Positions 25,101 through 35,158 of a stretch of 64,000 nucleotides of DNA are shown here, piece by piece. The stretch's first letter is position 1, and each line of letters starts with the position of its first letter. A program made the position numbers and the translations under genes. The notes under the pieces are model-generated. The model ran no database searches. It was not told the DNA's origin and saw only the letters and a list, made by a program, of their open reading frames with translations. Source of the DNA: a virus; the IMG/VR virus record IMGVR_UViG_2551306471_000001, positions 2,242 through 66,241 of that record; one strand, 5' to 3'.

Positions 25101-27596
25101 TCAGAATCCCGCTGCCTGGAGGTCGAGCCCCTTCGGGCTCTTCGTGAGTTGGGCGTGGACGCGGCCCGAGCGCTGCAGGACGCCGGTCTGGAACATTGGC
25201 CGCATGGCGATGTCGAGCGTCGTCGGCATGTCCCGCGGGACGCCGCGGGGGTCCCGCCCGGCGACCATCCGGGCGAAGAACTCGCCGATCTGGAGGCCGA
25301 CCGAGTTCCGCACGAAGCACTCCAGGCACGAGTAGAAGGGGTCCGACAGCCGGTAGGCGTCGATGGGCAGGACGAGCGGGTCCAGCGTCAGGGCCCACTC
25401 GACGTCGTCGCCGGTCGAGTAGATCCCGCTCGTGTCCGAGACGACCGACGGCGCCAGGTAGGCCGGCGTGTTCACCTTCGTGTACGTCGGGTCGACGTAG
25501 CCGGCCTGGACGTACTGGCTCGCGGCGTGCGCCGGCGCGACGTCGTCCCGGCCGGTGCCGAGGCACGGCTGGATGGTCACCTTCACCTTCGCCGGCTCGT
25601 TGCCGCCGAGCATGCGCTCGACCGCCGTCACCTTGCCCTGGACCACCTTGCGGACGTCGCCGTCGCGGATGGTCATCGTGACCTCGTCGCGCAGGTCGAC
25701 GTCCCGGGCGACGGACCACGGGTAGACCTTGGACAGGGTCGGGGCCTGGAGCCGGGCGTACGCCACCCGGCGCATGCGCATCAGGGCGTGGCTGAGGGCG
25801 CCGCGGCCGCGCGCGGTGTCGAAGAAGGTCGGGCTCCGGTAGTCGCGCAGCGGCGCGAGCGTGCCGAGGTCGAGCCAGTCGACTGGGTCCTGGTTGAGCC
25901 GCATGCGGCCGCCGCTCAGGACGGTCCACGTGACGCGCCAGAAGAACTGCGTCCCGTCCCTCAGGCACTCGTAGACCCGGCCGCCGACGATGACGCGGTC
26001 CCCCTTGTGGTAGACGGTGCCCGGCTGGAACGGGTCGGCGCCGGGCACGCCCAGCAGGTCGCCCAGGGTGAACGTCCCGAGGTCGACCTCTTCGGTGCCG
26101 AGCAGGGTGTCCTGCACGTCGACGTCGAGGATCAGGTCGACGACCTCGCGGCGCTGCTGCGAGTAATCGTAGGTCACCCAGAACGCGTTGTACTGCGTGC
26201 GGAAGACGTTCACCGCGCAATACTCGGAATGGACAACGGTGAAGGGCTGGCCCTGTTGCTGGTAGGGCTGCCTGACCTCGCCCGTCAGCGGGTCCTTCGA
26301 GACCGGGTAGAGGGTGTCGTACCGGTACTCGACCGCGATGGTGCGCCCGGTCGGCATCTGGGGCGTGCGCGAGAGCGACGCCCGGACGCTGGTCTTGCCC
26401 CGGCTGAACCCGTTCCACATCCTGAATTCGAGCTTGGGGTCGCCCTGCGGCTCGGCCACTTTCTCGGCCATGGACTGGACCGCGGGCGAGCCGCCGGCCT
26501 GGACGGCGGCCGTCGCGATGACCGGAGCCAGGTCGACGCCGCCGACGGCGCGCTGGGTCCAGTCCGCGACGACCCGGGCCCGGATGCGCCTGGCCGGGGT
26601 CTCGTCGAACGTGATCTCGAACGAGGTCTCGTCGCCGCCGCCCCCGAGGTCGACGACGCGCCGGCCGACGATGGTGTCCTCCAGGGTGATGGCGTGCGTG
26701 ACGGGGTCGGTGTGCCAGAAGCTGCGCCGGCCGACGATGGCCGCGGTCGACGGGTCGTTCGGGTCGTAGCCGAAGGTCGCGTCCCACCACGGCAGCGCGG
26801 CCGCCGTCGGGTCCCCGGCAGGCGCCGGCGACACGCCCGAGATGACGAGGTCCGGGTCGGCGAGGTTGACCTCGACGTCCACCGAGCCGTTCAGCCCGGG
26901 GCTCGCGGACATGACCTTGCCCTGCGTGAACTCGACCGCGTGGGAGGGGTCCTTGTCCCCCGACACCCCGATGTGGGCGAACAGCTTCTTCTGGGCCGCC
27001 AGGTAGGCCTGGGCGGCGTGGGCGGCGGGGATGGTGAGCACGAGGCGGGCGTTGGCGACCGTCAGCACCCGCCACGAGATCTTCGCGTAGGGCGTGCGGA
27101 CGAGGTCCTGCTGGATGACGCCGGCGACCGGGACGGCCCGGGTCCGGAGCACGCTCCAGGCAGCGCCCGCGGCCCCGGAGAACGCGACGGCGATGGAGCC
27201 GACGCCCGGCGCCGGGATCACCTTCACCGTCAGGCCCGGGATGGCCGCGCCGCTGGTCGCCTCCTGCGCCGCGTTGCGGAGGTCCTGCTTGTGGCTCGCC
27301 GGCGCGAAGGTGAGGCCGATGGTGGCGTGCTGGCCCTGGAACTTGGGCAGCTTGCCGACGCGGGCGCGCCCGAGGAACGCCGCGTCCTCCAGGCGGCCGG
27401 TCGGCGTCTCCAGCAGCGCGAGGTAGCTCGACTGCTGCAGGATCTTGAGGCCCGGAGACTTCACCTCGATGGTGCCGGTGGCGGGCGTGCCCCGCTTCAG
27501 GGACTGCCTCAGCTTGAGGATGCCCCCGGCGTCCCGGAGCATGTCCTGCGTGACGGGCTGCTGCAGGTCGTTGAGGAAGACGGCGTAGGCGGGCAT
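25101..27596 (-). CDS. Tail tip hub/Tal-like protein
   Basis: 831 aa after the Dit-like gene; internal PFQPGTVYHKGDRV...YEC CBM5/12-like motif. Confidence 0.7.
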   Translation of the reverse strand: MPAYAVFLNDLQQPVTQDMLRDAGGILKLRQSLKRGTPATGTIEVKSPGLKILQQSSYLALLETPTGRLEDAAFLGRARVGKLPKFQGQHATIGLTFAPASHKQDLRNAAQEATSGAAIPGLTVKVIPAPGVGSIAVAFSGAAGAAWSVLRTRAVPVAGVIQQDLVRTPYAKISWRVLTVANARLVLTIPAAHAAQAYLAAQKKLFAHIGVSGDKDPSHAVEFTQGKVMSASPGLNGSVDVEVNLADPDLVISGVSPAPAGDPTAAALPWWDATFGYDPNDPSTAAIVGRRSFWHTDPVTHAITLEDTIVGRRVVDLGGGGDETSFEITFDETPARRIRARVVADWTQRAVGGVDLAPVIATAAVQAGGSPAVQSMAEKVAEPQGDPKLEFRMWNGFSRGKTSVRASLSRTPQMPTGRTIAVEYRYDTLYPVSKDPLTGEVRQPYQQQGQPFTVVHSEYCAVNVFRTQYNAFWVTYDYSQQRREVVDLILDVDVQDTLLGTEEVDLGTFTLGDLLGVPGADPFQPGTVYHKGDRVIVGGRVYECLRDGTQFFWRVTWTVLSGGRMRLNQDPVDWLDLGTLAPLRDYRSPTFFDTARGRGALSHALMRMRRVAYARLQAPTLSKVYPWSVARDVDLRDEVTMTIRDGDVRKVVQGKVTAVERMLGGNEPAKVKVTIQPCLGTGRDDVAPAHAASQYVQAGYVDPTYTKVNTPAYLAPSVVSDTSGIYSTGDDVEWALTLDPLVLPIDAYRLSDPFYSCLECFVRNSVGLQIGEFFARMVAGRDPRGVPRDMPTTLDIAMRPMFQTGVLQRSGRVHAQLTKSPKGLDLQAAGF

Positions 27597-27597
27597 G

Positions 27598-28134
27598 TCA
27601 GGCCTCCTCGAAGCTCATGGTCCAGTCGAGGCGCCCCTCGATCTCGGGCATCGACAGGGCCCGGCTCGCGAGCACCGCGTCGAGCTCCATTCGCCAGGTC
27701 ACGGAGACCGGCGCGTTCCGGGGCGCGTCGATGGTCACCGCTTGCCCGTCCACCGACACGGGGATGAGGTACTCCTCCTCGTCAAAGGCCAGGCGCGCCC
27801 GGACGCTGCCCGGGACGATGCGGCGATTGACGATGACGGTGGTCTGCCCGGGCAGGATGACGTCGGTCTGGGGCGTGATGCACTGGATGGTGACCGGGTC
27901 GCCCCGGCGGATGCGGGCGAAGGCCGGGGCCCAGCGCACCGCCGGGCCTGACGCCGCGAGCGACACACGCCACTTCGGATTCCAGAGAGGACGGAACACG
28001 ACGACCCCGCCGTTGAGGTCGCGGGCGAGCTCGGTCGGGTCGATCTCCTCCAGCTTCTCGGTGAGCCCGACGAAGGACCCGAACGGCAGCAGGATGGTGG
28101 AGGCCTTGAAGCGGGTGTCCCACATGGCGCTCAT
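27598..28134 (-). CDS. Distal tail (Dit)-like protein
   Basis: ATGA overlap with tape measure stop; beta-rich 178 aa. Confidence 0.65.
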   Translation of the reverse strand: MSAMWDTRFKASTILLPFGSFVGLTEKLEEIDPTELARDLNGGVVVFRPLWNPKWRVSLAASGPAVRWAPAFARIRRGDPVTIQCITPQTDVILPGQTTVIVNRRIVPGSVRARLAFDEEEYLIPVSVDGQAVTIDAPRNAPVSVTWRMELDAVLASRALSMPEIEGRLDWTMSFEEA

Positions 28135-31100
28135 CCGAAGGCGGGGTTGCCGTCCAGCGCCGCGAGCTGGCTGAGGAGCCCGCCGCGCTGCTGGTCGTCC
28201 TGGGTCGCCTTGAACGAGAGCGGCCCGATGTTGACGTTGAGGGGGTTCGCCGCCGGCGCGCTGCCGGACGGCTCGCGGACGATGGGCGCGGCGGTGAACG
28301 CCTTGGCGGCGTCGCGGTAGCCGGCTTCCTCGACCTCTCGGGCCCACCTCGACATCGCGTCGGGGTTCGCCTGCTGCGAGCTCGGCGCGTACCCGCCCTG
28401 ACGGCGGAGCTGGTCGAGGTACCGGCTGTGGGCGTACCGGGCCTGCCCCTCGGGCGTGGCCATCGTCGCCTTGATCTCGGCCTCGCGCGCGATCTGATCC
28501 CAGCCCACCTCGGTCATGACCGAGGTGTCCCGCGGCTTGAACGCCGGGGCCGCCTGCGACGCGGACGAGGGGTCGGGCTCGCCCGGGTAGCGGGAGCGGT
28601 ACCCGGCATAGGCGCCGTAGGCCGCGCCCGCGGCCCCGCCGATGAGCGTGCCGCCGGGGCCGAACATGGACCCGATGCCGGCGCCGGCCGCGCCGTACGT
28701 CAGCGCCCCGCCGGCAATCGACATGCCGTCGCCGAGTGCGCCCTCCGGGGCGAAGTGGCTGAGCGCCATGCCGGCCGCGCCGAGGCCGAGGAGGCGCATG
28801 CCGGTGAGCGCGCCGGCGGCGCCCTTCACGGCGTCCCTGAATCGGTCCCACTTGCCGGCGGCACCGCCCGCCGCGTCGCCCGCTCGGCCGGCCAGGACGC
28901 CGAAGTTCGACAACGCGCCCGCGAGCCCGCCGGCTGCGACGGCGCCCGCACCGGCCGCGCCGACTGCACCGGCCGCGGCCCCCGCGGCGCCGGCCCCGCC
29001 GACGGCGGCCGCGACGCCGCCGATGCTGCCCCGGAGCAGGCCCATGCCGAGCGCGACGCCCTGCAGCATCCAGCCGAACGTGCGGGCCACCCCTAGGAGC
29101 GTGCCCATGGTCGCGACCAGGATCAGCGTCTCAAGGTTCAGGTTGCCGAGCGTGACGTGCTTCACGACGCTGTCGAGCGTCTGGAAGATGCTCTTGAAGA
29201 TCTCCCACGCAGCCGAGAAGTCCTTCGCCAGGTCGCGCACCTGCCCGGCGACGGTCTTGATCCAGGCGAAGTTGTACTGGTCGTTCGGGCCGGTCTTGCC
29301 CTCCCACACCTTCTGCAGGTCGGACCAGACCTTCTTCACCTCGCCCACGAACGACCAGAAGACGGCCTTGCCCTTCTCAAACTTGTCGAGCACCCAAGCG
29401 AACCAGCGCCCGAGGCCGGTCTCGCCCTGGCCGCCGTTCCAAACCTCGCCGAGCTCGCGCCACCGGGCGCGCACGTAGTCGACGAAATCGACCACGGCCT
29501 GCCGGGCCGCGAACATCCAGGGGAACCGGACGTCGGCCGGCGCGTCGCCGCCGGACAGCGCGGCCCACGCCTCGCGCCCGAACTCGCGCACCCAGCCGAT
29601 GGCATCCGAGATGGCCTGCCGGATGCGCAGGATGACCGGGAACTCCTGGACCCGGTCGTCCTGCCCGGTGATGGCGAACCAGGCCTCGCGCGCGGCCCGT
29701 CCGGCGGTGAGCAGGCCGTCGCGCAGGGTGAGCAGCCACGTGAACCGGGTGACGTCGGCGTCGCGCCCGGAGACCGTCGCCCACAGGTCGCGCCAGAACG
29801 GCATCGTCGCCTTGGCCGCGGCCTCGGCGTAGAACAGCACCGACACCAGGTCGACGACGCCCTGCCGCGCCTCGATCCACACCTGCTTGTTCGGGGAGGC
29901 CTGCTGGGCCCGGATGCCCTCGTAGGCGCGCACCGCCTCGGCGCCGAGGTCGCGCATGGCGAGCGCGAACGTGCGGGCCTGGTAGGTGCCCTCGACCAGC
30001 ACCCGGAACCAGAGGTGCTTCTGGTAGAACGCCGCCGAGATCCGGCCGGCCGCGTTGAGCCCCTCGGTCGCGACGTAGTACAGGACCTGCCCGACGCTGT
30101 ACGCGTCCTTCATGAAGGCGGCGACCTTCTGGCGGTTGTCGGCGATGGTCCAGGCCAGGGTCTCCAGGCCGCGGATCACCTCGTTGCCGACGGCCCGGCT
30201 GATGGTCTGCTTCAAGCCGGCCCAGGCGTCGGACAGGTCCGCGGTCGCGGCCCGGTAGGCCCGCATCCGCAGGATGTCCTCCGGCCCGATGATGGTGCCG
30301 AAGCGGGCCTGCCGCTGCCAGCCGGCCGCGACCACCCCGTCGTTGGGGTTCATCATCGACCGGACGAGGGGGTACAACTTCTCCCAGTTCTCGTAGGACC
30401 CGAACACCCGCGTCAGGATGTTGACCTGGTCCTGCATGCCGAGGCCGCGCAGCCGGGGCATGATCTGGTTGAGGATGGTCGAGGTGTCGTACAGGCGGCC
30501 GTAGACGTCGGTCGTGCGCACGCCGATCTGCGTCAGCCAGCTCGCGAGCTCGGGGTCGGCATTGAGGTTGCGCAGGGTCGTCTGCGCCGCCTGCAGGCCG
30601 GTCTCGAAATCCTTCATCGCGACGCCGGAGGTCTTCGCGGCGCCGGCCAGGGCCTGGTAGCCCTGCATGTTGATGCGCTGGTCGATGCTCTTCTCGAACA
30701 CCGTCCCGGCCCGCTCGGCCGTGTCGCCGGTGGCCCGCTGGGCGAAGCGCACGCCGGCGATGCCCGCGGCGGTGCCGGCGAGCACGCCCTTCAGGGCGAG
30801 GTCCTTGCCGATGGAGGCGACCTTGGCGGCGGCGCCGACGGCGGCCGAGCCGAGACGCTCCAGCAGCGAGACCGCGCCGGAGCCGAGCTCGTAGGCGAGG
30901 TGCCCGGCCGCGGTGACCGCGTGCCCGCCGATGGACAGCAGGCCCGCGCCGACGGAGCCGACGAGGCCGAGCGTCCCGGTGAGGGCGCGCCCCGCCGCCG
31001 AGGTGACGCCGAAGGCGGTCGAGACCACCCGCGCCCCGAGCCCCCACGCCGTCGGCAGGAATCCCCGGGTGGTCAGGCTGGACCACAGGCTGCCCGCGGG

Positions 31101-33485
31101 GTTCATCAGCCCGAGGCGTGGCAGGTTCCGGCGCACCCGGCCGATGGTGTCGGCGGCGTCCTTCCAGGCCTTGGCGGCGCGCTTGGCCGCCTGCTCCTCG
31201 GCCCGCGCGGAGGCCTCCGCCGCCCGGCGGATGAACGCCTCGGCCCGGACCGCGGCGGCCCGCTTCGCCTGCGCGGTGGCGCCGGCCTTACGGGCGGTCT
31301 CCTCCAGGAGCGCGATCTTCTCGGCCTCGAAGTGGGCGAGCACCGCGAGCTCGGCGTCGGACTGCCCGGCCGCCTTCGCGGCCGCCAGCTTCCGCCGGCT
31401 CTCGGCCTGGCCGGCGAGCATGGCGTCGATGGCCGCCTGCTCGGCGCGCCGGGCGGCGACCGCGTCGCGGATGGCGGCCTGCGCCGAGGCGGCGTCGAGC
31501 GGGCGGTTGCCGGCGGGCCCGGTCGGGACGCCGCGGCGACGGGGCTCGGGGCCGCGGCGCGCGCCGGCCGCGCCACCGCCCTGGGCACCGGCGGCGTTCC
31601 GCTGGGCGTCGCGCTCGGCGCGCTCCGCCTCGCGGGCAGCCTTGTCCGCCTCCTTGGCGGCCTTCTCGGCCTCCTTGGCAGCGGCGGCCACGCGCTTCGC
31701 CTCGGTGACGGCCGCGGCGGCGGTCTCGCGCGCGATTCGCACCCGTTCGGCGGCGGCTGCCTTCTCGGCCTGGACCGCGGCCGCGCTCGCCTGCAGCGTC
31801 GCGGCCAACTGCGTCTCGGCCGCGCTCACGGCAGCGGCGGCAGCCTCAGCGGCCGCCTTCAGCCGGTCCTTGTGGGCCTTCGCCTCGGCGGCCGCGGCCT
31901 TCTGCGCGGCGCGGACCTGGGCCGCGGCGGCGGCCTCGGCGGCCGTCGTCTCCTGCGCCAGGATGCGCTCGGCATCCTGCAGGGCGGCCTGCGCGGCGGC
32001 GAGCTTGGCCTCGCGAGCCGTCTTGCCGGCGTTGAGCTTGTCGGCCTCGGCCGCGCGGACGGCCTGGATCTCCGCCTCGATCTCGGCCCGGCGCGCCGCC
32101 TCCTGCGGGGCGCGGCCGGCCTCCACCGCCTCGGCGCGCGCGAGGCGGCGCTGCAGGCCGGGAGCCGCGGCGGTCTGGTTCGCAAGGTTGCCCGCGGACC
32201 GTTCGAGCCGCGTCTGCCCGTCGCGCAGCCGCTTGTACCGGTCCTTCTCCAGGCGGTCGAATTCCGCGTCCACGGCGTCCGGGCCTTGGCCCTCGTGAGA
32301 CCGCGTGGCACGACGGGCGAGGAGTGCGGTGGACTCCCTGTTCGCGCGCCGAACCTGCTTCCGGGCCTCGGCCTCGCCCACCCGGTTGAGCTCTATAACT
32401 CTGGTGTTTTCGGCGGCGTGCCGACGTGCCTTCTCCAGGGCATCGCGCCGGGCCTCGGCGCGGGCGTCGATCCGGGCGCGCTCGGCCAACAGCGCCGTCT
32501 CGCGCTCGGTGACCGGGCCGGCCTCGAACCGGGCCCGGGCAGCGGCGCGCGCGGCCTCGTCCCGCGCCGCACCGCGCTCGTCGATGTCGAAGGAGCGGTC
32601 GGCACGACGCTCCATGGCCCTGACGCCAGTCGCCCTCTTCTCGTACTCGCGAGCCTGCGCAATCAGCTCATTGAACCGCTTCGTCCGGGCCGTTGCCTCC
32701 TTCTCGGCCATCTCATCGACGTCGAAGTCGCTCATGCCCGGGTTCTGGGCACGGAACTCCTTGAAGAGGGCGTTCACCGAGGACTTGGCCCTGAGCTCTT
32801 CGGCCTGCCGCTTGAACGCGGCGGCCTGGGCGCGCAGGACCGGCTCGTTCTCGCGCGCCTCGATGGCGCGACGGCGCGCCCCGTCGGTCGCGGCCTTCCG
32901 GGCGGCGGCACGGCGGTCGATGGCGGCGAGCTCATCCCGCAGACCGGCCTCGCGTGCGGCCTCGCGGGCCGAGGCCTCCTCGCGCTCGGCCTTCTCGGAC
33001 TGCGCGGCGAGGCGGCGCTCCTCCTCGAACCGGGCACGGGCGGCGGCGGTGGCGGCGCGGGCGGCCTGCACGGCCTGGGACTGCGCGGCGCCGGGGACAC
33101 CCTGTCCGGCGGCGGTACGGGCCGACGCGGCGGACGGGGCGGTCTTGAGATCCCGCGCCGCCTTCTCGGCCTCGGCCTTGGCCTTGGCGACGGCCTCGCG
33201 GGCGGCCCGCTCGCGCTCCTGCGCCCGCAGGATGGTCTGGCCGAGGCTGTCCCGGGCCGAGCCCTCGGCCTGCGAGACGCTCTCGCGCATCCGGCGGTTG
33301 GCCGCGACGACGGCGTCGGCCGCACGGGAGGACGCCTGCCCGGCGGCGCTGAGGTCGCCCTCGGCCTGGCGAGCCTGGCGGCCGGCGGCCTCCAGCGCGC
33401 CGGCGGTCGCCCCGAAGGCGGCGCGCACCTGGTCGAGGCCGACGACCCCGAACCTGGTGACGATCTCCTCGACCTCGCGCCTCAT
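28131..33485 (-). CDS. Tape measure protein
   Basis: About 1780 aa, Ala-rich helical; W..G.D...F.W repeats; Gly/Ala hydrophobic C-terminal region; follows chaperone genes. Confidence 0.9.
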   Translation of the reverse strand: MRREVEEIVTRFGVVGLDQVRAAFGATAGALEAAGRQARQAEGDLSAAGQASSRAADAVVAANRRMRESVSQAEGSARDSLGQTILRAQERERAAREAVAKAKAEAEKAARDLKTAPSAASARTAAGQGVPGAAQSQAVQAARAATAAARARFEEERRLAAQSEKAEREEASAREAAREAGLRDELAAIDRRAAARKAATDGARRRAIEARENEPVLRAQAAAFKRQAEELRAKSSVNALFKEFRAQNPGMSDFDVDEMAEKEATARTKRFNELIAQAREYEKRATGVRAMERRADRSFDIDERGAARDEAARAAARARFEAGPVTERETALLAERARIDARAEARRDALEKARRHAAENTRVIELNRVGEAEARKQVRRANRESTALLARRATRSHEGQGPDAVDAEFDRLEKDRYKRLRDGQTRLERSAGNLANQTAAAPGLQRRLARAEAVEAGRAPQEAARRAEIEAEIQAVRAAEADKLNAGKTAREAKLAAAQAALQDAERILAQETTAAEAAAAAQVRAAQKAAAAEAKAHKDRLKAAAEAAAAAVSAAETQLAATLQASAAAVQAEKAAAAERVRIARETAAAAVTEAKRVAAAAKEAEKAAKEADKAAREAERAERDAQRNAAGAQGGGAAGARRGPEPRRRGVPTGPAGNRPLDAASAQAAIRDAVAARRAEQAAIDAMLAGQAESRRKLAAAKAAGQSDAELAVLAHFEAEKIALLEETARKAGATAQAKRAAAVRAEAFIRRAAEASARAEEQAAKRAAKAWKDAADTIGRVRRNLPRLGLMNPAGSLWSSLTTRGFLPTAWGLGARVVSTAFGVTSAAGRALTGTLGLVGSVGAGLLSIGGHAVTAAGHLAYELGSGAVSLLERLGSAAVGAAAKVASIGKDLALKGVLAGTAAGIAGVRFAQRATGDTAERAGTVFEKSIDQRINMQGYQALAGAAKTSGVAMKDFETGLQAAQTTLRNLNADPELASWLTQIGVRTTDVYGRLYDTSTILNQIMPRLRGLGMQDQVNILTRVFGSYENWEKLYPLVRSMMNPNDGVVAAGWQRQARFGTIIGPEDILRMRAYRAATADLSDAWAGLKQTISRAVGNEVIRGLETLAWTIADNRQKVAAFMKDAYSVGQVLYYVATEGLNAAGRISAAFYQKHLWFRVLVEGTYQARTFALAMRDLGAEAVRAYEGIRAQQASPNKQVWIEARQGVVDLVSVLFYAEAAAKATMPFWRDLWATVSGRDADVTRFTWLLTLRDGLLTAGRAAREAWFAITGQDDRVQEFPVILRIRQAISDAIGWVREFGREAWAALSGGDAPADVRFPWMFAARQAVVDFVDYVRARWRELGEVWNGGQGETGLGRWFAWVLDKFEKGKAVFWSFVGEVKKVWSDLQKVWEGKTGPNDQYNFAWIKTVAGQVRDLAKDFSAAWEIFKSIFQTLDSVVKHVTLGNLNLETLILVATMGTLLGVARTFGWMLQGVALGMGLLRGSIGGVAAAVGGAGAAGAAAGAVGAAGAGAVAAGGLAGALSNFGVLAGRAGDAAGGAAGKWDRFRDAVKGAAGALTGMRLLGLGAAGMALSHFAPEGALGDGMSIAGGALTYGAAGAGIGSMFGPGGTLIGGAAGAAYGAYAGYRSRYPGEPDPSSASQAAPAFKPRDTSVMTEVGWDQIAREAEIKATMATPEGQARYAHSRYLDQLRRQGGYAPSSQQANPDAMSRWAREVEEAGYRDAAKAFTAAPIVREPSGSAPAANPLNVNIGPLSFKATQDDQQRGGLLSQLAALDGNPAFG

Positions 33486-33504
33486 CGCCACCGGGGCGCC
33501 CTCC

Positions 33505-33912
33505 TCAATGCGTCTGTCGCTTGACCCAGCCCTTCCACCACTCGGCGTCGGCACCGCCCGCCCGGACCGCGAACGCGGCCTGCAGGAGGTCCTGGCGGCC
33601 GCGCTCGGCCTCCAGGATGGCCAGGTACGCGAGCTGGGCCGGGGTGTAGTTCCAGGCCTGCGGGTACCGGGGGGTCATCTCCCAGGCGAGGCGGACCATG
33701 GCGACGAGGGCGTTGCGGGTGATGTCCCGCCGGATGCCCTCGGCCTCGCCCCACCCGTCGTCCTCGATGAACTGCATCGAGGACAGGGCATCGGTCAGGC
33801 CGACGGCTTCGCCTTCCCGCGCTTCGGCTTGGTCGGGCCGTCCGTCTCCAGACTGTCCGCGATCACCGCGTCCAGGCCCGCCAACTCCCGGCCCACCTCG
33901 CCGAAAAAACCC
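33505..33912 (-). CDS. Tail chaperone gpT-like extension, reached by -1 frameshift or own start
   Basis: Open -1 frame relative to 33795-34334; ...WNYTPAQLAYL... Confidence 0.6.
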   Translation of the reverse strand, partial: GFFRRGGPGVGGPGRGDRGQSGDGRPDQAEAREGEAVGLTDALSSMQFIEDDGWGEAEGIRRDITRNALVAMVRLAWEMTPRYPQAWNYTPAQLAYLAILEAERGRQDLLQAAFAVRAGGADAEWWKGWVKRQTH

Positions 33913-34334
33913 GCGGGGTCGGACCCCCAGGTCTTGCGGCCGCCGACCTTCAGGATGCGGGCCTGGACGGAGGCCGGCATGCGCATGAAGGAAGCCTGGA
34001 CAGCCGGGTCGCCGGGATGGCGCAGGAACACCGCGCCCATGCAGGCCTTCACCTCGGGACCGCTGTCGATGTTCTCGTTCAGCAGGGCCTGGAGGTCGAA
34101 ACGCTCCGGGCGCTCGATGCCCTGGGCGAGCGCGAGCTCCTCCGAGGCGCCCAGGGTGAAGGTCTGCCGGACCGAGGCGTTCGGGCGGACGACGAAGGCG
34201 ATCCACTCGGCGGCCGAGGCGCCGCCGACGGGGACCGAGTGGCCGGGGACGATCTCGACGAGCTCGTCGGGCGCGTGCGCCAGGTCGAGGATGGCGAGGG
34301 TCTCGGCGGCGGTGAGCTTGGTGTGCAGCGTCAT
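33795..34334 (-). CDS. Tail assembly chaperone (gpG-like)
   Basis: Between tail tube and tape measure; in-phase slippery GCG GGT TTT TTC at 33914-33903. Confidence 0.7.
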   Translation of the reverse strand: MTLHTKLTAAETLAILDLAHAPDELVEIVPGHSVPVGGASAAEWIAFVVRPNASVRQTFTLGASEELALAQGIERPERFDLQALLNENIDSGPEVKACMGAVFLRHPGDPAVQASFMRMPASVQARILKVGGRKTWGSDPAGFFGEVGRELAGLDAVIADSLETDGPTKPKRGKAKPSA

Positions 34335-34382
34335 GGGGGGCGGGTTCCTGCGGCGGGACGGGCGGGGCCAGGGTGGGCCGGA

Positions 34383-35147
34383 TTACTCCGGCTCACCGAT
34401 GGCGGTGGCCCAGCCGCGCTCCTTCCCGGCCTCCTGGGTCGAGTCGTGCAGGATGCGCATGGTGATCTCGGTGGAGCTCTGCGAGCCGTCGTTGCCGACG
34501 CCACCGATGGTCCCGTTGGTCGCGAGCGTGACGCGCGGGATCACGTACTCGTAGTTCGTGCCCACCGCGTTGTCCTGGGTGAGCGAGAACCGCCCCCGGA
34601 TCAGCGGCTTGCTGAACAGGCGCATGAAGTGCTTTCGGTCGGCGGCCGTGATGGCGGCGGCCGTGTAGGTGATGACCACCTCCGCGGCGTCGGCGGCGAA
34701 GGCCACGCGGCCGGTGCGGGCGTCAATGCTCGCGGCGCCGGCGGGCTCGACCTTGCTCATCACGACACCGTAGAGCCGGCGGCCGGCGTTGTCGGTGAGG
34801 ACGGCGCGGTCGCCCTCGCGGACGTCGGTGAAGGTCTTGGTGCCGGCGGCCATGGCCGGCTGGGTCCAGTTCTCGTACGGGACCGCCATGTGGCTGATGG
34901 CCATGATGAAGGCGTCGAACGAGAAGAGCTCGACCTTGATGTCGCCGTTGAGGTCAGTGACGACCTGGTCAACGATGGGACGGGTCCGCACCTCGTTGGT
35001 GCGCAGGTCGAGCAGCTCGCTCTTGAGCTCGAAGCCGAGCTTCACCGAGCCGAGCGGGCGCTCGTAGGCGTCGCCCTCGATGATCAGGGTGCCCTGGCCG
35101 CGCGGGACGCGCTGGGTGACGCCGGACATGGTGGGAAGCGTGGACAT
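34383..35147 (-). CDS. Major tail tube protein
   Basis: Size, position and beta-rich siphovirus tube pattern. Confidence 0.8.
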   Translation of the reverse strand: MSTLPTMSGVTQRVPRGQGTLIIEGDAYERPLGSVKLGFELKSELLDLRTNEVRTRPIVDQVVTDLNGDIKVELFSFDAFIMAISHMAVPYENWTQPAMAAGTKTFTDVREGDRAVLTDNAGRRLYGVVMSKVEPAGAASIDARTGRVAFAADAAEVVITYTAAAITAADRKHFMRLFSKPLIRGRFSLTQDNAVGTNYEYVIPRVTLATNGTIGGVGNDGSQSSTEITMRILHDSTQEAGKERGWATAIGEPE

Positions 35148-35158
35148 GACGGCTCTCC

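Noticed and set aside
24432-27767. 1111-aa plus-strand ORF; likewise 36386-38974, 44687-46870, 14572-16056 and 5709-7400
   Set aside because: Antisense to well-supported genes; no recognisable motifs.
29157-33524. 1455-aa plus-strand ORF
   Set aside because: Antisense shadow of the tape measure gene; typical of stop-poor high-GC DNA.
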